From assembly GCF_009914755.1 (NCBI RefSeq), contig NC_060930.1: a stretch of 64,000 bases of DNA; one strand, given 5' to 3'. Positions within the stretch are counted from its first letter, which is position 1. The number at the start of each line of letters is the position of its first letter. Source of the DNA: the human T2T-CHM13v2.0 reference genome, Homo sapiens. The translations under genes were made by a program, and so were the position numbers. The notes below the pieces were generated by a model, which saw only the letters and a program-made list of their open reading frames with translations, had not been told where the DNA came from and did no database searches. Positions 27,711-42,181 of this stretch are shown here, piece after piece.

Positions 27711-29472
27711 TTAAGGTTGTAATTATTTAAAGTAACTGAGATATTTATTATCAGTGGAAATTACTGACTGTTCTCCCTAAATTTGTACTCAAACATTCTT
27801 TGGACCTAGAGGGAGGTTTAAAGGAGAGTAACAAGAGGTGAGGATGGGATGGAATCTAGATATAAATAATTTTATTTATTTTTTATATCATTGATGACTA
27901 ATTTTATCGCTATCTTTAATATTAATCTTTATCATAGGTCTCTGTGCTCATATAAATTATTCTGAAAATTATTAAATATACAAAACTAATTTAGGTATAT
28001 TCTATTAAAAATGTATGCCATTTTCAAAAGCCAGTAGTTACTCTAAATTTTAAAATGTGTTTTAAAAATCTTTTTTCTACAGTAGTCCCTTAAATCATTT
28101 TCTTGTCATTTCTAAGTAGGCTCTAAAGGCGTGTAGTGTTTTTACAAAACAAAAAATTTTAAAAAGAAGAAAAATAATTTCTTAGTAGGTAAATATTGGT
28201 GTTCAAAAGTGTAGTTCTAGCAGTTAACAAATTCATGAAATTGACCGATTGTTTTTTGAAAAATGTTCATGCTTATTGACCCTGAACCAGATACGCGTGT
28301 ACATTTCTGATTCAGCAGAGCTTATCATGACCTTGTTTATAATATTTGTTTAATAACGCTTATTGTGAACAGTTTCATAAAAAAAATGGTAACTTTCTTT
28401 GCCCTTGTTTCTATATTAATATAGTCACTGCCGCAGATAGGTGGAATTTGTGAAAAAATTACCTAACTGATATGTTCATGGGATTCCTGTCAGAATCACT
28501 CATATTTATTCTTCTTTCAAGGCTATCTGGGAGAGTTGGTGCAGACTAATCCAAGGCCTGAGCTTGTCAATGATTCCCTCCCTGCATTTTTTCTGGTAGT
28601 GCAAGTGAGGGAAAGAAAAAAGCTTTCAATAAATTCTTGTTACCCATGACAACATAGGCTTTCTGTATTTATTTGTTCATTTTTTAAATTTAATAACTTT
28701 ATGTCGAGAAAATCAAATATCCATGTAAAATCAGTATCAAGGGAATGATGTAATACATTTCAATGACATTAGATTATTGGGGCAGATTACAAATGAGGGT
28801 GTGGCTCCTAGGCAAGCCCAAAGGGCCTCTAGGTCAAATAACTGACTGACTCAAAGCTAATTTGATATACAAGTCCACAAACAGCATAATTTTCCAGTTG
28901 GACTTTCTTATATGTATAATAAACCTGCAGTCATCTGGTAAAATGGAGTATTCTATTATCCTAGATAACAAATTCTTCTGACTATTTTCAAGTTAGCCAT
29001 TAGAAAGTTTTTGTTGCAAAAGGTCATAGTTCTAAAATATATTTTATTTGTATCTGCTTTGGTAAACGGAGTTATGTGTGTATAAGTATATTTAATTTTA
29101 GTTTCAGGATCAAAAACAGTACATTGAAGGTAATTTAGCTTTTTACTTAAGTGATGGGATTATTACTGTATTCATAGTGAAAATTATCTTAATTTTTCGT
29201 GTAGGAGAACCCCATTATATTGCCATAAGTGAGGTTAAAAAAATGTCAGTAAGAAAAGGAAAGACTCAGATGATTGCAGGGATAATAAAATGACAGGTGA
29301 GCCGGTGCAGCTGGCTGGCTGGGAGGTTCGGGGGCCTAGGAGATGATTCCTAATTGCATTTTACATGGGATTTTGCATTACTATGAGGTCATGCAGTTTT
29401 ACTCTACCTACTTGATTGCTTTATTGTTGCTGTTGTTGTGTTGTTTATTTTTCTTTTTAAAAAGAGCCATGA

Positions 29473-29774
29473 GGCTGGGCATGATGGGTCAGGCCTGCAA
29501 TCCCAACACTTTGGGAGGCCAAGGAGGGAGGATTACTTGAGCCAGGAGTTTGAGACCAGCCTGGGCAACAGAGTGAGACCCCTTCTGTACAAAAAAAAAA
29601 AAAAAAAAAAAAAAAAAAAGCCTGGGTGTGGTGGTATGTGCCTGTATTCCCAGCTACTTGGGAGGCTAAGCTGGGAGGATTTCTTGAGCCCAGGAGGTCA
29701 AGGCTGTAGTGAGCCAAGAGCACGCCATTGCCTGGGCAACAGAGCAAGATGCTGTTTCTAAAAACAAACAAAAA
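29473..29774 (+). mobile_element. Alu (AluJ) with A29 central linker
   Basis: Dimer; pure A run at 29591-29619. Confidence 0.93.
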
Positions 29775-29879
29775 CGGGGCTATGAAAGATGTTTAAGTCT
29801 ATGATCTTCAAAGCAGTGAGAAATAGAATTTTATATGCAAAATCTCATACAAACACCCTCTCATCCAATCCTCAGGACT

Positions 29880-30030
29880 CCATTATGATCTGTTACCTGT
29901 TATTACACTTTTGAAGTTGAAAATGAACTAGAGAACTAGTTATTTTGCCCACGGCCATGTAGCTAATAAGGGGCTATCACAGGATTTAAATCTAGATCTA
30001 TCTGACAACAAAGTCAGTATGATTTCCACC
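29880..30030 (-). mobile_element. MIR fragment
   Basis: ttttgcccacggccatgtagctaataag...ggatttaaatctagatctatctgac. Confidence 0.55.
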
Positions 30031-30570
30031 CCACTACATTGCAAAGGCAAAGCAGTTTTTTCCCAAGGCTTTTGCTTTGCCTACATAACATCACCATTGC
30101 TGTCTTTATCTTTTTATTTTCTGTTATGACTGCATCATTAATTACCAAGTTTTTCATGTCACCTTTTACCTGTGTCTTTACTTACATGTGTGTGCATGTG
30201 TGTTTGTTGTTTTATTTTGTTGCTTTAGGAGGAGAATGTTGCATTTTCGACACCACACTCCTTACTTTTCGAATTATACATCTCCATAGTATTTATGTGC
30301 TTATTTATTTTTAAATATGTAGATTACTTTTAAAAGAATATAAAATATGGTAAAAGTGATTGTATTTTGGAAAAGGAGTTGAGCAGTAGTGTGAGAAAAA
30401 AACCTATTTTTCTTTGTATAATTTTTAGTTCCTTTGGAATATCATATAATATTGTACTATGTGCATATTTCATTGATTGAAAATTTAAAATGTTTCAGTT
30501 TTGCAGATATTTGGGATACTAAAGACTGTTAGAAACCAGTTGTAGTTCATAAATTTGAAACAGAAACAAA

Positions 30571-30864
30571 GACTTGGCATGTTGGCTCATGCCTGTAATT
30601 CCATCACTCTGGGGGGCTGAGGCAGGCCAGTTGCTTGAGTTCAGGAGTTCGAGACCAGCCTGGGCAACACGGCAAAACCCCCTCTCTGCAAAAAATTTAA
30701 TAAAATTAGCTGGGCATGGTGACATGTGCTTGTAGGTCCAGCTCCTCTGGAGGCTGAAGTGAGAGGATCACTTGAGCCCTGGAGGCTGAGGCTGCAGTGA
30801 GTTGTGATTGTGCCTCTGCACGCCAGCATGGGCAAAAGACCTTGTCTCCAAAAAAAAAAAAAAA
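30571..30864 (+). mobile_element. Alu (AluJ)
   Basis: Full diverged dimer. Confidence 0.93.
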
Positions 30865-31093
30865 TCTTAAATCATGGCTATGTTGCTAATTCATGGATTC
30901 ACTGTTATACTAGATTTTATTAGGTGCCACATAATCCAAATTCTTTTGGTATTTAGAGCTTAAAAAACAGAATACGCATGCAACAATAACTGCAACATAG
31001 AATTTTAGAATCAGAAGATATCTTATAGATTATTTAGTAGTTGTAAGTAATCAAGAAAAAAAGCATGTCTTTGGACTCTATGTTCATCATGGC

Positions 31094-31412
31094 TTTTTTT
31101 TTTTTTTTTTTTTTTTTTTTTGAGACAGGGTTCTCTTCTCATTGTGTCGCCCAGTCTGGAGTGCAGTGGTGCAATTTCGGCTCACTGCTGCCTTGACTTC
31201 CCAGGCTGAAGTGATCCTCCCACTTCAGGCTCTGGAGTAGCTGGGTCTACAGATACACACCACCACGCCTGGCCAATTTTTTTGTATCTTTTCTAAAGAC
31301 AGAGTTCTGTCATGTCGCCCAGGCTAGTCTCAAACTCCTGGCTTCAAGTAATTCACCTGCCTCTACCTCTCAAAATGCTGGGATTACAGGTGTAAGCCAC
31401 CATGCCCAGTCC
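31094..31412 (-). mobile_element. Alu (AluJ)
   Basis: T28 tail then reverse dimer. Confidence 0.93.
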
Positions 31413-31551
31413 ATATGGTAAGGGTTGGCATGGTGAAATTAATTCACAGGAAAAAATGTACCCAGAAAAATGACTCTCATAATATGCTCTGAATATAATA
31501 TATTTTCTCTTGGCCATATCTTCTTCTTCTTATTTATTTATTTTCTTTTGT

Positions 31552-31696
31552 TCAGTCTCCATAAAGACACTCAAAAATTGCCCATGCTGACTATATTTCA
31601 AGTCATCATGGTGGGGTATTGGGAAAAGTTTTCAATTAACAATAATCACACATTGGATAAACCTCATTGACTATGATACTGCCACTGTGCAGAGGT
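31552..31696 (-). pseudogene. U4 snRNA retropseudogene (RNU4-like, full length)
   Basis: Reverse complement reads acctctgcacagtggcagtatcatagtcaatgaggtttatcc...ttgaaaacttttcccaataccc...aatttttga...ggagactga, colinear with U4; decayed A tail at 31521-31551; imperfect TSD tggccatatctt / agaccacatctt. Confidence 0.96.
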
Positions 31697-32348
31697 AGAC
31701 CACATCTTTAGGAAAGACATTTACATGGAGAATTTGCATCGAGAAAATAATTTGCTTTATTTTCTGAAGGTTCTGACTCTGGGAATGCTTTATGTAACTG
31801 TTATGACACTTTGGAAGAAGATATTACTCAGTAGCAACAGATTATTTTAAATGTGACTATTATTAAGGTCTAGCTAAATGTGTGTATGACGGTGTGCATG
31901 TGTATTTTAAGTTTACCATGCTACCTTATCACAACCATAGTAAGCAGTGTCATGATCATAAGAAATTGACAATGGACAGTGATGCTCATGATAGCTGAAG
32001 GTATAAAACAGCAATGCCAGTTGAATATTTATTACTTTTTAAAAGGTGTTTAGAGTAAAAGAATCAGTAGTGGAAATAATTTATCAGGATAAAAATTCAC
32101 TCTATTCATTTTATTTAGGTTAGATATTTTCTAATCACTTAAAAAGCATCTTAAATAAATTACTTTCACTTGAAATTTTTTTCCAGTCAGTGGTTTACAT
32201 TTATTCTATTTTTGCTGTTTATTCCTTCTTGTATCTCATAATTTGTCTAAGAATACTTCTCTCTGAAATACATCCTTCAGATTTTTTTAAAGGTGGTGAG
32301 CTCTTTTTAGTTTTTGTCTCATATTTTGTCCTAATTCTGGTACGATAT

Positions 32349-32588
32349 TTTATTTTTACTTTTTTTTTTAAATTTTAACATTTCTTTTAAAATTTCAATA
32401 GGTTTTCTCACCACCTGGAGGAACAGGTCATGTCTGGTTACATGAATAAGTTCTTCAGTGGTCATTTCTGAGATTTTGATGCATTCGTCACCCAGGCAGT
32501 GTACACTGTACCTGATGTGTAGTCTTTTATGCCCCGCCCCCTCCCACCCTTTCCTCTGAGTCCCCAAAGTCCATTGTATCATTCTTAG
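32349..32588 (-). mobile_element. L1PB1-like 3' end fragment
   Basis: ggttacatgaataagttct...agtccccaaagtccattgtatcattctta. Confidence 0.85.
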
Positions 32589-32993
32589 GACTTGATAAGA
32601 AATTTAAAGGCATTGAATGAATGAATTTAAAATGTATGCAACCTCGTCTTCACACGTTGGCAGTATTTCACGTTTTGGTAGTTTCTCTGGTCATTTTCCC
32701 CTGTGGCCGTCTTTAATAATGAGTCATACTCAGTGTAATAGAAATAATATCCATAAGCAAGAAAATCATTTATAGATTCTGCCAAATACATGAATTTACT
32801 GACACAGGAAAGAAAAATGGAACTATGATATGATTTTCACATCGGTAGACTATTTCCCCTAATAGCTCCTTGCTTTTAAAATTACTTATCTCCTTTCTGT
32901 GTTGAGGAAAATGTGTCTTTGCTCATGGCTTTCCACTACTATGTAATGTCACATCCTGAGTTGACTCACACCCTGGCTAAACTTTCAATCTGA

Positions 32994-33453
<460 letters not shown>

Positions 33454-34284
33454 TCAGGAGAAATGAACAACTTTGTATTTTGGACATTATTTCTAAGGAA
33501 GTTTTGATTCAGTACATCTTACATCTGATTCTTTGACTTTTGTTTTAGGTCAGGTCAGATATAGCATATTTAGAAAAGATTGTTATATAACTTTACCTAC
33601 TAAATTAACCACGTGAAAATTCCCTTTCTAAGAACAAGATAATGAGACCCTAAATCAAGTTCTGTGCAGAATTTAGGTACAGAAAATTAAATCATTTTTA
33701 GCACCCAGAGTTTTCTTTCAACACACTGGCACTTTCAACTGACTTCGCCAATTAAAAAAAATTAAATCAGTGTTTAAAAAATTGCTATTTGACACATCTG
33801 TGGTCTATTAAATAATGATTAATGTACAAAAAAACACAAACAAAATTTGTGGTTAAGTCATGACGGCACTAGTTATTTTAATCAGCATAAGTTTTCATAC
33901 TTGTGAGAGCATAATGAGAATATTCTCATTAGCCTGGTATGTTATTACACTATTCTCAGAGGTACCTAGGGGTGGGTGGCCAGCAGATGATGTAACCTCT
34001 CAGGGAAAAGCAGTGCTCCTGGATATATATGGCAACCTCATTTTAGAACGTGTTCTTTTTCTAAGAAGTTTAAAGAGAGGATAACAGCAATTTCTTTCTC
34101 TGGATCATAGCATGCCACGTTAATACTCTTAAAGCATAAACGTGTTTGAAGAATTAACTAAGCCACAGATCTTTTATGGATTAAAGCTTTATTGGCAATA
34201 TTTTCTCTATAATTTAAATTTGTTTTTGATGGTACTTATGATAAGTTTAGCAATTAAAGAATCTTAATTGGTGTTTGGCTTAAA

Positions 34285-34923
<639 letters not shown>

Positions 34924-35004
34924 TGGTCTAATAATTCTATCCATTTCAGACTGAATTTACACCATCAAATCTGCCCATATATATTTGTGTGTGTTCTTAG
35001 CCAT

Positions 35005-35260
35005 GATTCAATAAGCACCTACCAAGTTTTCATGCACTATACTTCCTGTTGGTGGTCCAAATATAAATAAAAGCTGGGCCTGCTCTCAGGGACCCTTACA
35101 GTCTAGATGAGGGAGAGACCTTCGTCGACTCTGTGGTAATAGCCTTTGTTAAATTCTATAGGAGGATAAGGTACTATGGGAACACGTAGGTAAAGTGGAG
35201 AGAGATGGTATCAAGGATTTACGAAGGGAGTAAAACTGCCGTGAGACTACAATGGCTGAA
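35005..35260 (-). mobile_element. L2 fragment
   Basis: attcaataagcacctacc...cctgctctcagggacccttacagtctag. Confidence 0.55.
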
Positions 35261-35379
35261 CAAAAGTATCAAAAAGAGCCACTTCCGGCTCTTTTTGTTT
35301 TAGTTTTATTTTTTAAAATTTTGAAATATCAATTTGAAAACTGCTTCTAGATTCAGAAGAAGACCAATCCCACAAGTTG

Positions 35380-35560
35380 AGACTTGTGATTAAATAAATG
35401 TAAGGAATGCTGCATTCTCCACTTCCTTCTTAGAGATTCACTTGGCACATTAACAGATTAAAGGCCCGGAAAAACTGCATTAAATAAACCTGTTAATATT
35501 AACATGCTGTTTTTTTTAATGTACACGACTATGGAATATCCCTATTACAATCTCTCTTCT
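35380..35560. mobile_element. hAT-Charlie relic (Charlie4-like)
   Basis: agagattcacttggcacattaacagattaaaggc...aaacctgtt. Confidence 0.5.
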
Positions 35561-35752
35561 GCAGCATAATTTAGGAAAAGAATCAGTTTTCTTTAAGACA
35601 AGACAGTTACGAGGCATAGGGATAAGATAGAGAGAAATTTGAGGCTGGGGCCCATATAGAGAGATATAGATAAGATAGGATTTCATTAATAACAAATGTC
35701 TATTTTGAAATTAATATTTATTTTTAAATTATGGAATTTTTTGATGCCCTTG

Positions 35753-36604
35753 TGAAACGGGACAGGTTCCCTTGCCCTCTGGCACGGTGTGCGAAGGGGG
35801 TGTCGCTTGCTTCTTCAGTGCGCCACTGCTCAAACCTCCAGAGGAGCACACAGACGGGCAGGCTGCGGGGCTCTGACCCCACGGCAGTGTCTGGGGGTGA
35901 ATGTTTACAGCTGAAGCCCCAGTGGGTGTGTGTTACAGTGTGCTCTTTTAGTTTTGCTCTTTTAGTTCGGCCATCTATAGGTGGCTTATGTTAGTCAGCT
36001 CAATTAGACCCCACCTTATCCCAAGGACAGAGGGCTTTCTGTATCCTGAGGTTCTTGCCTTGGTGTACCATAAGAATTGGATTCCACGTGGGCTTGGAGA
36101 ATGAGTGCAAGGTTTAATTGAGTGGAAGTAGCTCTCAGCAGATGGGGGAGCCTGAAGAGAAATGGTTTTCCCCTGGAGTCGGGCCGCTTGGTGGCCAGGG
36201 GTCTCCTTCAGCGGCCCCAGCCAAACTCCACATCATTCTGCTGGTCAGTGGCCTGCATGCCGGTGCCTGTCGGTGATTTCCTCTCAAAGTCCAGCCACCT
36301 GTGTGTTCCTCCTCCTGTGCGTGCTCCTCCACCAATGTGTTCCTCTCAACATCCAGCCCCTTCTGTGTCTGCCTTGCTAGGGTCTCCGGTTTTTATAGGC
36401 ACAGGATGGGGAGTGTGGCAGGCCAGGGTGGTCTTTGGAAATGCAACATTTGGGCTGGAAATCCCTGTCCGCACCTAGGTCTGTGGAGGTGGAGCCCTAG
36501 CTAGGGACCACACCCTCCTCTACCCTGCACTTCCCCTGTCCCTATCATTTAAAGGGACCTTCCGTTCTTTTCCCTTCCCTTCCCAGCATCTCCCTTCCAT
36601 ATCA
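35753..36604 (-). mobile_element. Solo ERV1 LTR (LTR1 family)
   Basis: TG...CA termini; 4-bp TSD CTTG at 35749-35752 and 36605-36608; minus strand starts tgatatggaaggg...ggtccctttaaatgata; TATAAAAA on minus at 36390-36397. Confidence 0.88.
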
Positions 36605-36659
36605 CTTGCTGTAAACATTTATGCAGAAAATTAAATTTTCATTTAATTTGAACTAGCAG

Positions 36660-37106
<447 letters not shown>

Positions 37107-37996
37107 CTATGCAATCTCTTTTTTAAAGATCCTGGCAAAATACAGCCATGTTAGTTATATTTACTGCTGTCAGTTTTTTAGACAGTTATAGCTGTGAATA
37201 ACATCAGTGGACAAAATCCATAAGATTTTGTCTTATGGATTAAGCTGTCTGTGGCTGGAAATTCTACAGTTTTTGAAAGCTAGAATTACTTGGGAGTGGC
37301 CATTCAAATTTGTCACGAAGGAGATAATAACCTCACTCTTTCCCCTTAAAATCTGACCCACACAAAATGCCAAAACGCTTATAATATGTTCAAATGAAGT
37401 CTGATTTTGTAACAGTTTCTAAAATTGGAAAAGGGATGGCATGTTGCAAAATTTACATAAACCATCTCATTCTCGCTGAGATGAAACATTTGTAGTAAAC
37501 ACTAAGAACTCTGTCATTCTCATGCTTTCATTTTACAAGGATTTGACACAAATTTTGGAGTAACATATTGTAGATACTCAGAGAGATCTCCTTTCCTTTA
37601 GCTTAGAGAAATATTTTTTCATGTTCCTCAAAACTTTGAATTTGCAGGTGACTGCAACATCAAGTCCACATTCCTCTCCAAAACACAGAAAATATTTTTA
37701 TATGGAACACTAACACTAAAAATAGGAAAGCTTTTTTGGCTTGTAACTACAGAAAATTGTAACATTTAAGCAGAGGAGAGGAAGTTTAATTGCTATGTTG
37801 TTAGCTAAAGTCTTACTTTGCCTCTATAAATATGTTATGTTTAACCTATAAGGATCTGTTTTTACATTTCTTTAAGTGAATGAAAAATATGGTGCTATTT
37901 TTTTCTCATTTTGCATCATTTGACATTAAACATTTCTTTTTTACGTTATTCATCATCTGTTTCAGTTCTTAGCTTTCTCAAGAAGGAGTCTCTCTG

Positions 37997-38231
37997 TTTT
38001 TGTTTTTTTTTGTTTGTTTGTTTTGTTTTTTTTGAGATGGGGTTTTACTCTTTCTCCCGGGCTGGAGTACAGTGGCTTGATCAAGGTTCACTTCAGCCTT
38101 GACCTCCTGGGCTCAAGTGATCCTCCCACTTCAGCCTCCGAAGTAGCTTGGACCACAGGTATGCACCATCATACCCGGCTAATTTTTCTGTTTTTTGTAG
38201 AGACAAGGTTTCACCATGTTGCCCAGGCTGG
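37997..38231 (-). mobile_element. 5'-truncated AluJ
   Basis: Right arm plus part of left arm; TSD-like ggagtctctctgtt / ggagtttctctatt. Confidence 0.9.
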
Positions 38232-39488
38232 GAGTTTCTCTATTCTTTACATGTCCTTTAGTTATTGATGTATAGTTAATTTCTTACCAAGTTTTCTTTT
38301 TATATACTTTTTCCATTTCTTATATTGTGATTATACAAGGTTGTGATGAGAAATTTGTTTTATCATAGCTTTGGGCATATTTATCCCCCTTCTTCATTTC
38401 CTAACCAATTAGAATGGATTCCTCTTTCTCTGTAGAATAACTACTTGCAGATTGTTAATAAAGATTTCTAATAGTCTCAGGAATATTGCATGCCCATAAA
38501 TTCTGTCTTTAATGAATACCACTTTTCACACTCCATAAGAATTCTTGGAGGTAATAGTCAGACTAAAAACATCTCTACATGTAATTTTTTAAATCCTTCA
38601 ACAAGAAGTAGCCAGGTGAAGAACACATTCTTTATAGGGGGCCTTCCCTTTATGCAGGGAGCACAGATCTAAAATGGGTTAGTATTGGAGAAATACACAT
38701 TTGTCCCTTGAGGCCATTTGAAAAATAGCTGTAGATGGATGTAAAATTTGGATATGAGGAAATAAAAAGTTAGCTAAAATAGTTGATTTTGGAAGTCAGA
38801 ACAACATACATATTTGGGTCAATAAAATGCTGCACTGAGCAAAGCTCTACCTCCTAACTATCTAATATCTATGTGGGAGGGAAAATTTGGACTCTGCAGA
38901 AAACAAGCCCAACAAGAATTAAAGAGCCAAATATTTAAATACTGTGTGATTCATTTTCTCTGAGTAACCCCACTAGGCTGTGAACGTGTCTTAATGCACA
39001 CATACCAACTGAAGTCTTCGTGGGTCAGCTTGCCTTAGACAAAGCTGACTCAGGGAAGCATAAGCAGCAGCGTTGAGATAGATTCTAACTCATTTGTTTC
39101 TTCATACACTAGGGACTATTATAACATGTTAGTAAAAAAATTAACAGCCATAATAAAACAAAGAAATAAATGGTCAGTATGCCAACAATTTAAGCAGCTC
39201 CTCATTTGTCGATATTGCAAACAACATCAAAGTGCTGTTTCATAAAAACGTTTTTCAGAAATTTTACTGATACTGTTTTGATGTAAAACAATCTTTCATG
39301 CTTACTAAAACTTAATTTAAGCCATTTTAGAAGCCAGCATTTTAATGAAAAACAGTCTTTTGAATAATTTCATGTCAAATCAATGATTCCATAATTTTTA
39401 ATGCAGACTTCTTTTTATGTTAGATTGCTTAGGAACCAAATAAGATATGTTTTGGGGAACTTCATATATAGAAGAATAGTGGCATTTG

Positions 39489-39816
<328 letters not shown>

Positions 39817-39856
39817 CTAACTCTGTTTATTTTCATAAAGAATTAAAAATACTTTT

Positions 39857-40155
39857 GGCCAGGCACTGAGGCTCATGCCTGTAACTTCAACTTTTTGGAG
39901 GCTAACGCAGGAGATTTGTTCGAGCCCAGGAGTTCAAGACAAGCCTAGGCAACATAGCAAGACCCTGTCTCTACAAAAACTTAAAAAATTAGCCAGGCAG
40001 GGTGGTGTGTACCTGTAGTCCTAGCTACTTGGGAGGTGGCGGTGGGAGGATCACTTGAGCCTGGGAGGCTGAGGCTGCAGTGAGTCATGGTCACACCACT
40101 GCACTTCAGCCTGGGTGACAGACAGAGCAAGACCCTGTCTCAAAAAAAAAAAAAA
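39857..40155 (+). mobile_element. Alu (AluJ)
   Basis: Full dimer with A tail. Confidence 0.94.
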
Positions 40156-40178
40156 TTCTATATTTTTGGCATGCTAAA

Positions 40179-40553
40179 TGATATGGTTTGGTTTGTCTCT
40201 GTGTTCCTACCCAAATCTCATCTCGAATTGTAATCCCCATAATCCCTAAGTCTTGAGAGAGAAACCAAGTGGGAGGTGATTGGATCATGGGTGTGGATTC
40301 CCTCATGCTGTTCTCATGCTAGTGAGTTCTCACGAGATCTGATGGTTTTATAAGACAGTTTTCCCTGCTCTTGCTCATTCTTCTCTTTCCTGCCGCCTTG
40401 TGAAGAAGGTACTTGCTTCTCCTTCCGCCATGATTGTAAGTTTCCTGAGGCCTCCCAACCATGTGGAAATGTGAGTCAATTAAACCTTTTTCCTTTATAA
40501 GTTACTCAGTTTCAGGTAGTATTTTTACAGCAGTGTAAGGACAGACTAATAAC
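40179..40553 (+). mobile_element. Solo MaLR LTR (THE1D/MSTA-like)
   Basis: tgatatggtttgg start, cagactaata end, GCTAA on both flanks. Confidence 0.9.
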
Positions 40554-40974
40554 GCTAATCAAAAAATAATCAAGGGAAATCCAAATCAAAGATTTGTTTT
40601 AATCCCTATTACCTCAGTGATTATAGACATAGTTCAATTATTTTTGCATTTTCTTCTCTATTCACCTACTCTGATCGTGTTTTTAAAAATACATGTGTAA
40701 AAATATATTAAAAAATACATCTACTTTATTAGCACATATAAGCCATTACTAATTATATTTTCTCCTTTTATTCATTAGAGTATTGATGTCCTTTTAGTCA
40801 TGCTTAAAACTCATTTGCTAATAAATTCTTCAAAAACAGCCCATGGGAATAGCATTCTCTTACTTCTTGCATGCTGGTAACAGCCTGTAGGCATCTTTCA
40901 CACATAGAAGTCAGTTTTGTAGAGTTTAACATTTTTGACTCACATTTGCTTTCTCTGAATATATTTTGTTTTAA

Positions 40975-41287
<313 letters not shown>

Positions 41288-41422
41288 TATTTTTATTTTT
41301 ATTGTTAAGAGATGGGGCTGCTATGCTTCCCAGGCTGGTCTCAAACTCCAGGCCTCAAGTGATCTTCTTTCCTTGGCTTCCCAAAGTGCTGGAATTACAG
41401 ATGTGAGCCACCACACCTGGCC
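41288..41422 (-). mobile_element. FLAM_C monomer
   Basis: Single left-arm monomer; TGAATAT flanks the pair. Confidence 0.85.
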
Positions 41423-42181
41423 CTGTGAATATCTTAAATACTTATTCTACTTTCTTCCAGCATTAAAATCTGCTGAGAAGTCTGTTGAGTCTAATTTTTG
41501 TTCCTTTATAAGTTACTTGTTACTTTTGCCCAGATACCCAAAGGTTTTTCAAGTCCAGTAATTTTACTAGAATATGTCTTAGTATTGATTATTCTAATCT
41601 AGATAGATATTCTTGGATATAAGATATGCTCTTTAAATTCAATTTTTTGAAAGTTTTTTTTATAATTTTCTTTTTTTTCCTTCTCTCACTTTGGTTTTCT
41701 TTTCTAGAGACTCCTGTTGACTGATATATCAGATTTTTTTCCTCAATCTTCAATGTTTGTCCCCTTCTCTTAAGTCTATTTTCCTTCATTTATTTTTAAT
41801 ATTTCACTCATTTTTAAACTTCTATTTCTTTTAAGGTATTTTTTGTTGTATTCACTTGTTTTTGTGCTGTTTTAGTTTAGCCTTCATTTCCAAAAATATT
41901 TTTAAGGGTTTACAACCAGCAACAATTATTTCTGAAAATATTTTTAAATTTCTAATTTTAAAAAAATTCTGTCAAGTTATTTCTGATTTTTCTAATTTAA
42001 GTAAGAATTTTGTTATTTCAAGTCATTATTTTCTTAATGTCTTTAGATTGTTTTTAAATAGGAAGTTATAGTTTTGATATATTTTGTGGGCATTTTTTTT
42101 GGGTGCTTTCATTTTCTGTAGACATATTATTCTGCTTCTTCTTCTTTTGGTTAGTTTTTTAGGGAATTTCACCTTGATTGC

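Noticed and set aside
35270-35300. Hairpin plus T run resembling a rho-independent terminator or histone stem-loop
   Set aside because: The context is eukaryotic, the GGCTCT and AGAGCC arms are in the opposite order to a histone stem-loop, and no histone ORF is nearby.
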